Assembly (NCBI GenBank): GCA_041752695.1
Contig: JBGSVZ010000038.1
Span: forward strand, 1 to 64,000
DNA: 64,000 bases
Source of the DNA: Terrimicrobiaceae bacterium
Lineage (GTDB): Bacteria > Verrucomicrobiota > Verrucomicrobiia > Chthoniobacterales > Terrimicrobiaceae
Direction: 5' to 3'
Position 1 is the first letter of the stretch. Each line of letters starts with the position of its first letter. Positions 10,171-18,971 of the stretch are shown here, in pieces. The notes beneath the pieces were generated by a model. That model did not search any database. It saw only the letters and a list, made by a program, of their open reading frames with translations, and was not told where the DNA came from. The position numbers and the translations under genes were made by a program.

Positions 10171-10237
10171 GATTCAAATTTCTCCGCACGAGAGTGGTGA
10201 TGGAGAAACGACGGGCCGCCGAGGATGCACTGTCGCG

Positions 10238-10363
10238 TCTCATCTGTCCCCGGCACTTGCGCACCGAAGCTGGATTTGGCACCTGGGCGTCCGCGAAACT
10301 TGCGTTTCGCGAACCGGTTGCCGTGGCTTCACAGGGCCAGTCCCTCTGCCACTCTCGATAAGA
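10238..10363 (-). ncRNA. SAM-I (S-box) riboswitch
   Basis: Minus strand TCTTATCGAGAGTGGCAGAGGGACTGGCCCTGTGAAGCCACGGCAACC...GGTGCCAAATCC...GACAGATGAGA; P1 pairs; two GCAA-capped stems. Confidence 0.94.
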
Positions 10364-10371
10364 TCGACGGG

Positions 10372-10400
10372 AAAATGGAGCAGAGGGAGGGGATCGTCAA
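10372..10400 (-). promoter_or_regulatory. Putative promoter of the riboswitch leader
   Basis: TTGACG-N17-CATTTT ending about 8 nt before the aptamer 5' end. Confidence 0.5.
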
Positions 10401-10480
10401 GGGATTTTCTGCAGGCATGGAGCGTTGTCGCCCCAAGAAAGAAGGTTGAATTCACAACCGGATGCTGATTATGTTAGGGA

Positions 10481-13099
10481 TTGATGCAGAGGCCTGACAC
10501 CGCAGGAAAATCGTGGAGGCGCCTTTCCCCCGCAGCCGTTGTAATCGCGACGAGCGTTGGCGTCGTCATTGTGCTGCTTGCGTGGCTCCTTGATGTGCGT
10601 CTGCGGATGGAAGCGCGGTCTTCGCTTGTTCGCGCCCAGGAGCGCGCGGTGAACGAGCAACGGTATGTGCTCAAGTCGGAGTTGAATGAGCTGGCGGGTT
10701 CGGCTTCTGCCCTTGCACAGATTGCCGCTAGTCGGATGAAAGGACTCGGCGATGGCTTGAAGAGCGTGGACGAGCCCATGCATACGGAGTTTCTGAACTT
10801 TGCCCGGTCCCGGCAGACTTTTGATCAGCTTCGATTGGTGAGCCCGGAAGGTCGCGAACTGATCAACGTCAAGCGGGTTCGGGCGAGGGGTGACAGCTAT
10901 TATTTTCGAGACACCACAGCGGAAACCCCGCGGGACCTGGCGGAGGAACCCTGGATGGCGACACTTTTTTCGTTGCCTGCGGGCAAAGTCTCCTTCTCCA
11001 ACCTGGAGTGGAAGGTGAGCGAAGGTCGCGCCAGTAACGGAGTTCGGACACCGATCCTTCGGGTGGGCGCGGCGCTGCAATCGGAGCAGGGGCGCCAGGT
11101 GGCGGGCTATGTTGTCCTGGATTTTCTGGCGGAAAATCTTTTTCAAACTGCCGCGCGCACGGACGACTATTTTCGCAGCAACACCTTTATTGCAACGGCG
11201 GATGGCAAGTGGGTGAAGGGGCCAGGAGGGGATGCTGTTGCAGGGATGGATACGGTCGAAACGGTCTTCCCGGCGGCCTGGCCTGAGATCGCGGGGAATC
11301 CTTCGGGCACGTCATTTTCGCGGGAGGGTTTGGTGGTTTTCAGCAGCGTGGGCCTGGCGCCTGACCTGGCGCCCGCCCTCGGAGGACGCCAACCAGGCTG
11401 GAAAATCTTTTCCACGGAGTCTCCGACCGTCATTGCCGCCCGGGAACGCGAAGCGACGGCTCCGGTGTTGGGATGGGGGATACTGGCCTTGTGCCTGTTC
11501 ATTCCGCTGACCTATCTCGTGGTGACAGACCGCGAGCAGAAAAAAGAGGCGGCTCACGCCCGAGAGCAGGCCAGGGCGCTGCTCCAGAGCATTACGGACA
11601 CCTGCGTCTATGGAATTGTTGCCGGAGAGGCCTCCCGGGATTCCCAGGGCGATATCCGCGATTTCAAAACCGTCTTCTCCAATCCTGCTGCGGTGCATAT
11701 TTTAAAGACCTTCGATCGGAAGGAGGCCGCGAAGGGTAAAGAATTTCCGCTGTTTTTCTCGCCGGATTTTTTTGCGCGTTGCACCGAGGTGGTGGCCACT
11801 GGCGCACGATACGAAACGGAGCAGAGCACGGAATGCGGCGCATTGGGAACGCGCTGGTTTCGCATTGTGGTCGTGCGGCTGGACGACGGGGTGGTCATGA
11901 CCTTCACCGACATCACTGGGGAGAAGCTCACGATGCATGACCTGCGGCTGGCTAAAGACGCCGCCGACGTGGCCAATCGCACGAAGAGTCAATTCCTCAC
12001 CATGATGGGGCACGAGATCCGGACACCCATGAACGGGCTCCTCGGATTTGCCTCCCTGCTCGAACGCACCAATCTCGATGAGGAACAACAGGACTATGTT
12101 TCCACCCTTCGACTGAGCGGCGAGGCTCTTCTTCGCATCCTGGAGGATATTCTCGACTACTCCCACATGGAGAACGAGGTGCTCAACATGAAGACGGCTC
12201 CCGTGGCGATCAAGGAGTTGATCACCCAGGTGAGTCAGCTTTTCGTCATGGCCATTGGAGATCGTAAGCTCGAACTCGTGGCCCGGATCGGTGCTGATGT
12301 GCCTCCGCAGATCATGGGGGACGACGTGCGGTTGCGCCAGATTCTCGTGAATCTGATCGGCAATGCGGTGAAATTTACCGACGAAGGCTTCATCCTCATC
12401 AAGGTGGAACGGGAAACCGGGACGCAGGGAGATATGCTGGTATTCCACGTGGTGGACAGCGGCACCGGGGTCGCTCCGGAGATGATCGACCGACTGTTCA
12501 AACCGTTTAGTCAGGTGGATGCCGGCACGAGTCGGAGATACGGCGGCACCGGTCTCGGCTTATCCATTTGCCGCCGCCTGGTCGAAACGATGGGCGGAGA
12601 AATTGGTGTGCGCACCGCACCCGAAAAGGGCTCGGATTTTTACTTTTCCCTTCCCGTCCGCGTCCCGGATTTCCCGGCACTCCAGCCCGCTCCCGTGTCC
12701 CGACAGGGTCGGGCGGAGGAGAAAAAACCGCGGATCCTGGTGGTCGACGACGACTCGATCAATCGGAAGCTGATCATGAGGATGATCCAAAAGGTGGGTG
12801 CGGAGGCTCAGTTGGTGGAGTCGGGTAGCCAGGCGATTCACGCGTTCCAGGAGGACCAGTTCGATCTCATCATCATGGACCTGCAGATGCCGGGCATGGA
12901 CGGGATAGAAACCACCCGCAAGATTCGCGAGATTGAAAAACGTTCCGGCGCACCCCGGCGGACGCCGATTTCCGCCCTCACGGCCAATGCCGGCGAGGGC
13001 GATCGGGAGAGGTGTTTCGAAGCGGGGATGGATGATTTTTTCTGCAAACCGATCCGAATCGATTCGCTCGAAAAACTCATCGAAAAAAATACCGCCTGA
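10481..13099 (+). CDS. Hybrid sensor histidine kinase (2 TM, periplasmic Cache-like, PAS-like, HisKA, HATPase, REC)
   Basis: HEIRTPMNG, NLIGNAVKFT, DSGTG, GGTGLGL, C-terminal receiver VVDD..MDLQMP..KP. Confidence 0.93.
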   Translation: MMQRPDTAGKSWRRLSPAAVVIATSVGVVIVLLAWLLDVRLRMEARSSLVRAQERAVNEQRYVLKSELNELAGSASALAQIAASRMKGLGDGLKSVDEPMHTEFLNFARSRQTFDQLRLVSPEGRELINVKRVRARGDSYYFRDTTAETPRDLAEEPWMATLFSLPAGKVSFSNLEWKVSEGRASNGVRTPILRVGAALQSEQGRQVAGYVVLDFLAENLFQTAARTDDYFRSNTFIATADGKWVKGPGGDAVAGMDTVETVFPAAWPEIAGNPSGTSFSREGLVVFSSVGLAPDLAPALGGRQPGWKIFSTESPTVIAAREREATAPVLGWGILALCLFIPLTYLVVTDREQKKEAAHAREQARALLQSITDTCVYGIVAGEASRDSQGDIRDFKTVFSNPAAVHILKTFDRKEAAKGKEFPLFFSPDFFARCTEVVATGARYETEQSTECGALGTRWFRIVVVRLDDGVVMTFTDITGEKLTMHDLRLAKDAADVANRTKSQFLTMMGHEIRTPMNGLLGFASLLERTNLDEEQQDYVSTLRLSGEALLRILEDILDYSHMENEVLNMKTAPVAIKELITQVSQLFVMAIGDRKLELVARIGADVPPQIMGDDVRLRQILVNLIGNAVKFTDEGFILIKVERETGTQGDMLVFHVVDSGTGVAPEMIDRLFKPFSQVDAGTSRRYGGTGLGLSICRRLVETMGGEIGVRTAPEKGSDFYFSLPVRVPDFPALQPAPVSRQGRAEEKKPRILVVDDDSINRKLIMRMIQKVGAEAQLVESGSQAIHAFQEDQFDLIIMDLQMPGMDGIETTRKIREIEKRSGAPRRTPISALTANAGEGDRERCFEAGMDDFFCKPIRIDSLEKLIEKNTA

Positions 13100-13168
13100 A
13101 TTTTCTCCCGAGGGGCTTGCCAAACGAAGCCCGGTGGTGTTTATTCGCCGCCCCTTCCAATGGAGAAC

Positions 13169-13243
13169 GCATCGCTAGCTCAATGGTAGAGCAGAAGACT
13201 CTTAATCTTTTGGTTCCCGGTTCGAGCCCGGGGCGGTGCACCA
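13169..13243 (+). tRNA. tRNA-Lys (anticodon CTT)
   Basis: Acceptor GCATCGC/GCGGTGC, D arm AGCTCAATGGTAGAGC, anticodon arm GAAGA-CTCTTAA-TCTTT, GGTTCGAGCC T loop, encoded CCA. Confidence 0.96.
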
Positions 13244-13292
13244 ACCTCGACGCACGGTGCGTCTGAGACTCCAGGCCTGAGGCGAATTGATT

Positions 13293-14249
13293 ATGGAATG
13301 GTATTGGTGGGCATTATTTCTTGGTGTGGTGGCGGTTCTCCTGGCCACGGATTTGGGACTGTTTCAACGCAAGGCCCATGAAGTGAAGTTGGCAGAGGCG
13401 TTGCAGTCCACCGCGCTGCGCGTTTTCCTGGCCCTACTCTTCTGTCTGGCGATCTATCTCGGCTGGATGGGGGGATATGACTCCCCCGAACTGAGTAAGA
13501 AAGCGGGCATCGAGTTCCTCACCTGCTACATCGTGGAAATTGCCCTGAGCGTGGACAACGTTTTTGTGTTCGCGCTGGTCTTCGGGTATTTTCGGGTCCC
13601 CCCGGCTTATCAGCACCGTGTGCTCTTCTGGGGAATTTTGGGTGCGCTGATCATGCGCGCCGTGATGATTTTTGCGGCCACGGCGCTTTTGGAACGTTTC
13701 CATTGGGTGATCTACATTTTTGCCGCGATCCTGATTTACGGCGGCATCAAGATGATCAAAGACGATAAAGACGACGTCGATCCCTCCAACAATCCGCTAC
13801 TTCGCCTCTTCCGCCGCCTCGTGCCGGTGACTCCCGAATTCCACGGGCAGAGTTTTTTTGTGAAAATCGATGGCCGCACCTGGGCCACCCCGCTGGCGGT
13901 GGTGCTCATTGCCATCGAGACAACGGATCTGATTTTTGCGGTGGATTCCATTCCGGCCGTGGTCGCCATCACGCAGGATCGGTTTGTGGTTTTCACTTCC
14001 AACGTCTTTGCCATTCTGGGTCTGCGCGCTTTGTATTTCGCGCTGGCGGGGATTCTCAAACTTTTTCGCTACCTCCATTACGGTCTGTCCGCGATCTTGG
14101 TGTTTATCGGGGTGAAAATGATTCTTTCCGGCACCCCCTATAAGATTCAGACGGAACAGTCGCTCGTGGTCGTGGTTTCCATGCTGGCGGTGTCCGTGAT
14201 CGCCTCCCTGGCGTTTCGGAAAAAGGACGTTAAGGATGCCGAGGAATAA
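13293..14249 (+). CDS. TerC/Alx family metal homeostasis membrane protein
   Basis: ALSVDNVFVF, QHRVLFWGILGALIMR, ETTDLIFAVDSIPA, FAILGLRALYF. Confidence 0.93.
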   Translation: MEWYWWALFLGVVAVLLATDLGLFQRKAHEVKLAEALQSTALRVFLALLFCLAIYLGWMGGYDSPELSKKAGIEFLTCYIVEIALSVDNVFVFALVFGYFRVPPAYQHRVLFWGILGALIMRAVMIFAATALLERFHWVIYIFAAILIYGGIKMIKDDKDDVDPSNNPLLRLFRRLVPVTPEFHGQSFFVKIDGRTWATPLAVVLIAIETTDLIFAVDSIPAVVAITQDRFVVFTSNVFAILGLRALYFALAGILKLFRYLHYGLSAILVFIGVKMILSGTPYKIQTEQSLVVVVSMLAVSVIASLAFRKKDVKDAEE

Positions 14250-14709
14250 TTCCGTCCTCACAGTCGTGGGCGGAATGGCCTTAGCATTTACCGTTCTCAT
14301 CGCAGGCTGTGCAAGCCCGACAGAAGAAAAGACATTTTCCCCGACCACCGGGGAGCCGCAAATGGCGGAGTTGATGGCCCGCCGCCTGGAAATCGCCCGG
14401 CGGGTTGCTTGGGTGAAGTTCCAAAATGGCCTGCCCGTTTCGGACCCCAAACGCGAGGCGGAGATGCTGGCTTCGCTGGTCCACCAAGGCGAGCAACTGG
14501 GATTGCCGTCCGGAGAGGTGGAGGTTTTTTTCAAGGCACAAATCCGAGCGTCCCGGCAGGTGCAAGAAAACTTGATCCGTTCCTGGCGAAGGGGAGCCCC
14601 TCTTCCGGCCTATCCGCCTTGGGATCTGCGGCGCCACCTGCGCCCGGAGTTGGATAAGATCAATTCAGCGATGCTAGCCCTTCTCAAGGCGCAACGCGCG
14701 CAACATTAA
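14236..14709 (+). CDS. Exported (lipoprotein) chorismate mutase, AroQ gamma-like
   Basis: Lipobox IAGC; RRLEIARRVAWVK...PVSDPKRE; FFKAQIRASRQVQ; RPELDKIN. Confidence 0.78.
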   Translation: MPRNNSVLTVVGGMALAFTVLIAGCASPTEEKTFSPTTGEPQMAELMARRLEIARRVAWVKFQNGLPVSDPKREAEMLASLVHQGEQLGLPSGEVEVFFKAQIRASRQVQENLIRSWRRGAPLPAYPPWDLRRHLRPELDKINSAMLALLKAQRAQH

Positions 14710-14773
14710 CTATTTTTTCCAGATCCAGCAGCTGGGGAAAGCGTGCCATTCTTGCCCGAGGCAAGCGGAAAAA

Positions 14774-15397
14774 TCAGTGGACGGATGGCGATCTCCGCCG
14801 CTTGAAGGCGAACAACGCGGTAACACCGGCGCCGGTCGCGAGCAACGTGCTCGGTTCAGGAACGGGCGTGAACTGCAAGCTGTCGAAAACTGCCGCGTTG
14901 TTGCCAAGGCCGGAATAAACTACGGACAGTTGATCGAAAGTGACTCCTTGGAACCCATAAAAATCGTTCCCTCCAACGCCGATAGGGCCAATCCCCGTAT
15001 CGACCTGCGATCCGTTGAGCAGCGCAGTGAAAGTCGCGGTGCCGTTGAAGCTGCTGGCGAAAGCAAAGGCGGCTTCCTCGACGGGAGTTGTGAAATTGAA
15101 GGAAAAACTGGCGGACTGAAAACCGCCGGCCTGAAAATTCCCGATGTGAGGAGCCCCCACATTACCTCCGACGGCTGAATTTCCGCCTGAGTTGTAGAAA
15201 ATATTCGTAAATGTCACTCCAAAGGCGCTGTACTCCGTGGTCAAAGGGGTATTGTCGCCCTGGACAACCTCATCAAATGTCAAAAGGGTGTCTGGGTTGC
15301 TGAGGCCTGTAGAGTTTTGGATAAACACCGCGGTGGCTGGCAAAGGCGAAAGTAAAGAAACTGCCAAGAGGACAAGAGACGCGTAACCAGTTTTCAC
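14774..15397 (-). CDS. PEP-CTERM sorting domain protein
   Basis: Signal peptide; C-terminal VPEPST + hydrophobic segment + KRRR. Confidence 0.9.
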   Translation of the reverse strand: MKTGYASLVLLAVSLLSPLPATAVFIQNSTGLSNPDTLLTFDEVVQGDNTPLTTEYSAFGVTFTNIFYNSGGNSAVGGNVGAPHIGNFQAGGFQSASFSFNFTTPVEEAAFAFASSFNGTATFTALLNGSQVDTGIGPIGVGGNDFYGFQGVTFDQLSVVYSGLGNNAAVFDSLQFTPVPEPSTLLATGAGVTALFAFKRRRSPSVH

Positions 15398-15570
15398 TCC
15401 AACCGGTTTCGTATCTTTCCGCCCCAGCTTTGGTCAAGCTTTACCTCCAGTTTCGCCTAACTTGGCAGGTCTTCCCGGACTTTGCACACGATGCACTGGT
15501 CCCTGCTGAACGCGCCTGGTTGCCAAGTCGGCCCGTGGATCGTGCCTGCGTCTTTCCTTTAGGAACCGGA

Positions 15571-16083
15571 TCAGAGCCCCAAACTAGCCCGGGTATTTCG
15601 ATCCAGCCGTCCCGTCACCGCGAGTCCATTATCCTGTTGGTAACGCTGCAGGGCCGTGCTTGTCATGGGACCGAAAGCCCCGTCAATCGCGCCGTCATAA
15701 TAACCCAGCGCCGCCAGTTCTTCCTGGGCTGAGGCCACAACCGAGCCGGAAGCAACTGACCTCGAGCCACCTGCTACGAACGCTGTGGTCAGAACAGGAG
15801 CGGGCGTGACGACCCGAATGCCGACGACCGGACGCCGCCATCCCCAACCCCATCCGTACGCCCGGGGCGCATAATACCGTGGCGCGCAATAGGCGCGACC
15901 CCCGCCCCAATAACGGCCGCCTCCGCCATTCCAGCGGACCCCGACGGCTCCACCGCCCCCACCACCCCTGCGGACGCCCGCCGCACCACCACCCCAGCGA
16001 ACACCGGCAGCTCCTCCTGCGTGCGAGGCACCGAGAGTTCCGACGATCAGCATTCCGACCAGGAGCAAAATTTTTGTTCTCAT
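15571..16083 (-). CDS. Secreted Gly-rich protein with peptidoglycan-binding domain
   Basis: Signal peptide; AQEELAALGYYDGAIDGAFGPMTSTALQRYQQDNGLAVTG. Confidence 0.88.
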   Translation of the reverse strand: MRTKILLLVGMLIVGTLGASHAGGAAGVRWGGGAAGVRRGGGGGGAVGVRWNGGGGRYWGGGRAYCAPRYYAPRAYGWGWGWRRPVVGIRVVTPAPVLTTAFVAGGSRSVASGSVVASAQEELAALGYYDGAIDGAFGPMTSTALQRYQQDNGLAVTGRLDRNTRASLGL

Positions 16084-16126
16084 GCGGAAAATCTACCCCG
16101 GAATTCGTCGGGTTCAACGAACAATC

Positions 16127-16594
16127 TTAGCCTAAAAACGAAGGCAGGAGAGGGCGGGCCGCCTTCATGAACGGCCACGGGATACTGGCAAAAATCAGGA
16201 TCGTGGCCACCGTGTAACAGATCGCGGCCCGCAAAAATTTTGCCCGGTCGGTCCCTGCTCTTTTCGACAAGGAAAAACCCGCCTGGGCGACAATCACGGC
16301 GAGGATCATCATGAACGGGTGCTCGACCGCAAAAAAGCGCATCACCGGGTCTTTCATCGTGGCGGACATGTTGGAGAAGGCCGCTTTCATTGGTCCGGTG
16401 AACAGCAGGAGGAGCCCGATGACGAGTTGAAGATTGAGCAGGCTGGTGAAGATCACCCCAGACATCCGGTCCTGTTTGGCCCATTCTGAGCGGGACACCA
16501 GCCCGCTCCAAACCCGGTACAGCGCCCACAGAGAGGACAGAATGACCAACCAGCGGAGGATATTGTGGGTGTTTAAAAGAAAGACGTAGGCCAT
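16127..16594 (-). CDS. Four-TM hypothetical membrane protein
   Basis: HNILRWLV, LQLVIGLLL, RFFAVEHP, IPWPF; ATG 16594. Confidence 0.75.
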   Translation of the reverse strand: MAYVFLLNTHNILRWLVILSSLWALYRVWSGLVSRSEWAKQDRMSGVIFTSLLNLQLVIGLLLLFTGPMKAAFSNMSATMKDPVMRFFAVEHPFMMILAVIVAQAGFSLSKRAGTDRAKFLRAAICYTVATILIFASIPWPFMKAARPLLPSFLG

Positions 16595-16625
16595 GGGGAC
16601 AAAGGAAAGGATAACATGCGGTGCG

Positions 16626-16808
16626 TCAATCCAATCCCGTCTTCCGGCTTTCGACAGGGAGTCGGCGGGGTTTGCACAGCACTTTTGTGCCATGGGCCAC
16701 CCGTGCACATTTGCGGCAGTAAAACCGGGGGTCGCAAACGAGTTCGCGCAGTTTTTCCGGATGTTTTTCCAGATCGCGTTTGCTCCAGTCGCAGAGGGTT
16801 TTGGCCAT
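16626..16808 (-). CDS. Small basic four-cysteine protein (copy B), divergent from dps
   Basis: MAKTLCDWSKRD...FYCRKCARVA..LCKP; GAGG upstream of ATG 16808; paralogue of 3734-3946. Confidence 0.82.
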   Translation of the reverse strand: MAKTLCDWSKRDLEKHPEKLRELVCDPRFYCRKCARVAHGTKVLCKPRRLPVESRKTGLD

Positions 16809-16839
16809 GAACCTCTCCAACAGAGCGGAGAATGCCAGG

Positions 16840-16868
16840 TTGCGCAAGTGGCAGGGCGGGGCTAGTCT
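16840..16868 (+). promoter_or_regulatory. Putative sigma70-type promoter of dps copy B
   Basis: TTGCGC-N17-TAGTCT, 22 nt before the ATG. Confidence 0.5.
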
Positions 16869-16890
16869 TTTCTCCGACACCATCATTCCT

Positions 16891-17364
16891 ATGAGCACAC
16901 AAATCGCTACCAAACAAAACACGAACGCCGTCGTGGAAGGCCTGCAAACGTTGCTGGCCGATTCTTACGCCCTCATGGGCCAAACCCACCTCGCGCATTG
17001 GAACGTCGAAGGTCCGGATTTTTTCCAGCTGCACATAGCCTTCCAGGCGCAATACGAGGAACTTTTTACCGCGATTGACGAAGTCGCCGAGCGCCTTCGC
17101 GCCCTTGACGTGCTTGCTCCCGGCGGACTGAAGACGCTGGCCAGCGCCACGCGGATTGAGGAACTGGCGGTCGAAGTTACCCCCGCCAAGGATTTTGTGG
17201 CTCATCTCATCGACGCTCATGAAATCCTCGTCGCCAACGCCATGGTCCTCCGCGAGTCCGCGGGAGAGGCCAATGACCTGGAAACCCAGGATCTCGTGAT
17301 CGGTCGAATTCAGACCCATCAAAAGACTCTCTGGATGCTCCGTAGTTTTCTGAAGAACTCTTAA
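16891..17364 (+). CDS. dps: Dps family DNA-protection/mini-ferritin (copy B)
   Basis: HWNVEGPDFFQLH, DEVAERLRAL; 157 aa. Confidence 0.95.
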   Translation: MSTQIATKQNTNAVVEGLQTLLADSYALMGQTHLAHWNVEGPDFFQLHIAFQAQYEELFTAIDEVAERLRALDVLAPGGLKTLASATRIEELAVEVTPAKDFVAHLIDAHEILVANAMVLRESAGEANDLETQDLVIGRIQTHQKTLWMLRSFLKNS

Positions 17365-17469
17365 ACTCGGCGGGGGAAGGATCACGCGGCGAATGTTCGC
17401 CTGATGCATCCCCCTCAAGGGGCGTTCCTTTGCCGCAGACGCGAAACCTGAAATTTTACAACCTTCTCT

Positions 17470-17484
17470 TGCGAATGAATCTCA
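17470..17484. promoter_or_regulatory. Possible Fur-family 7-1-7 operator
   Basis: TGCGAAT-G-AATCTCA, two mismatches from TGAGAAT-N-ATTCTCA. Confidence 0.3.
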
Positions 17485-17504
17485 TCCGCTTATCGTGAGG
17501 ACAA

Positions 17505-17924
17505 ATGTCTGTTGTTGTTAAGTTGCCTGCGGGCGGAAAGACATGGCGTGAGGATGCCATGAGGATTGTGGAGGAGCTTTTCCCGGGAACGCCTTGCTCC
17601 TCTTGGGACTTGCTCTTGGAATTGCGTGGCGGGCTCCTGGAGGGGAAGGATTGGGATCACACGCTGGAGGTATTTCTGGCGTGTCGCGAGCGTTTGGAGG
17701 ACGGACACTATCTGCCCTTTTACCGGCTGCGGCGGTTGTTGACGGCGAGCCTGCGTTTCGAAGCGGGAGGCGGACCGGGAACCCTTGTGCCGCTGCGGCA
17801 GGTGCTGGCGCGGAAACACCGTTCGCTCGATGCGATCAAGCGGGCGGTTTCCCGCGAACTGTTTGAACACGATTTGACCGCCTCGGCCGACCATCCGGTC
17901 GTCCTGCGGGTGGTTGAACGCTGA
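17505..17924 (+). CDS. Hypothetical protein
   Basis: ATG with GAGG RBS; fills the gap; stop abuts the glk stop. Confidence 0.65.
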   Translation: MSVVVKLPAGGKTWREDAMRIVEELFPGTPCSSWDLLLELRGGLLEGKDWDHTLEVFLACRERLEDGHYLPFYRLRRLLTASLRFEAGGGPGTLVPLRQVLARKHRSLDAIKRAVSRELFEHDLTASADHPVVLRVVER

Positions 17925-18926
17925 CTATTTGGTCGTTCCGTCTAGCGCGTAACGGGCGGCGCCGAGCAGGGCCGCCTGGTCGTTGAGGATCACCTTCACG
18001 GGCATGGTTTGGAGGAGTCCGGAAAGCCGGCCTTTGTCATTGAAGGCATGGGTGAATCCGACGCTTTTGATTTGGGAGAGCATCTTGGCGGGGATGCCAC
18101 CGCCCAGATAAACTCCCCCGGTGGCCATGGATTTGAGCGCCATGTTCCCCGCTTCCGCCCCCAGGCAGGACAGGAAAATTTCCACGGTCTGCACACACAT
18201 TGGGCAGTCCCCGAGCTCGGCGTGCCGCGAAATGACCAGGCCCACGTCCCCTTCTTTCATTTCGGCGGCAACTTTCGGGAGTTCTTTGCCGCGTTCCGTG
18301 TCCCGGAGGAATTTGTAGATATTTTCGATACCCATCCCTGAGGCTACTCGCTCATAGCTCACGTGACCGTATTGTTTGATGAGGTATTCGAGCAGGGCAA
18401 TTTCTAGCGTATTGCGTGGGGCGAAGTCCGCGTGTCCGCCTTCGCAGGCCCAGACGCGATGTTTTTTCCCGTCCCAAAAAAGGCCTCCCTCGCCAAGACC
18501 AGTACCCGGGGAAACCACGCAGCGATTGCCTTCCGCATCTGCCGCGCCTTTTTGAATCACGGCAAAATCGGACTCCTTCAGCTCCGCGATGCCATACGCA
18601 TTGGCTTCGAGATCGTTGAGGATATTCACGTAGGTGATGGAAAATTCTGCGGCAATCTCCGCGGCATCAACGCCCCAGGTAAGGTTGGTGGGGCGGGCCC
18701 GGCCATCCTTCACCGGCCCGGGAACACCGAAGCACGCCGCCAGAATAGCCCGATTTTCATTTTCCAAAAACTCGCGCAGGATGGCATTCAGCCCGGGATA
18801 GGCCGAACTGGAGAAACGCTGGTTGCTTTCCATCGTGAGGGTGTCCGAGACCACCCGAAAGATCGCAAGATTGCTTTTGGTACCGCCGATGTCACCGGCG
18901 AGAATAATATAGGGTTTGTCAGGCAT
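17925..18926 (-). CDS. glk: Glucokinase
   Basis: LAGDIGGTK, NDLEANAYG, PGTGLG, EGGHADF, GGVYLGGGI. Confidence 0.95.
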   Translation of the reverse strand: MPDKPYIILAGDIGGTKSNLAIFRVVSDTLTMESNQRFSSSAYPGLNAILREFLENENRAILAACFGVPGPVKDGRARPTNLTWGVDAAEIAAEFSITYVNILNDLEANAYGIAELKESDFAVIQKGAADAEGNRCVVSPGTGLGEGGLFWDGKKHRVWACEGGHADFAPRNTLEIALLEYLIKQYGHVSYERVASGMGIENIYKFLRDTERGKELPKVAAEMKEGDVGLVISRHAELGDCPMCVQTVEIFLSCLGAEAGNMALKSMATGGVYLGGGIPAKMLSQIKSVGFTHAFNDKGRLSGLLQTMPVKVILNDQAALLGAARYALDGTTK

Positions 18927-18971
18927 GGGGGAGGGCCCGGGAAGCAAGGCCCTTCCCGGAACACAAGGACG

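Noticed and set aside
13169..13243. tRNA-Lys as an island integration site
   Set aside because: No integrase and no duplicated tRNA 3' end noticed in the window.
16780..16922. Overlapping N-terminal extensions of dps B and the microprotein in the ORF track
   Set aside because: Comparison with copy A fixes the starts at 16891 and 16808; the extensions are artefacts.
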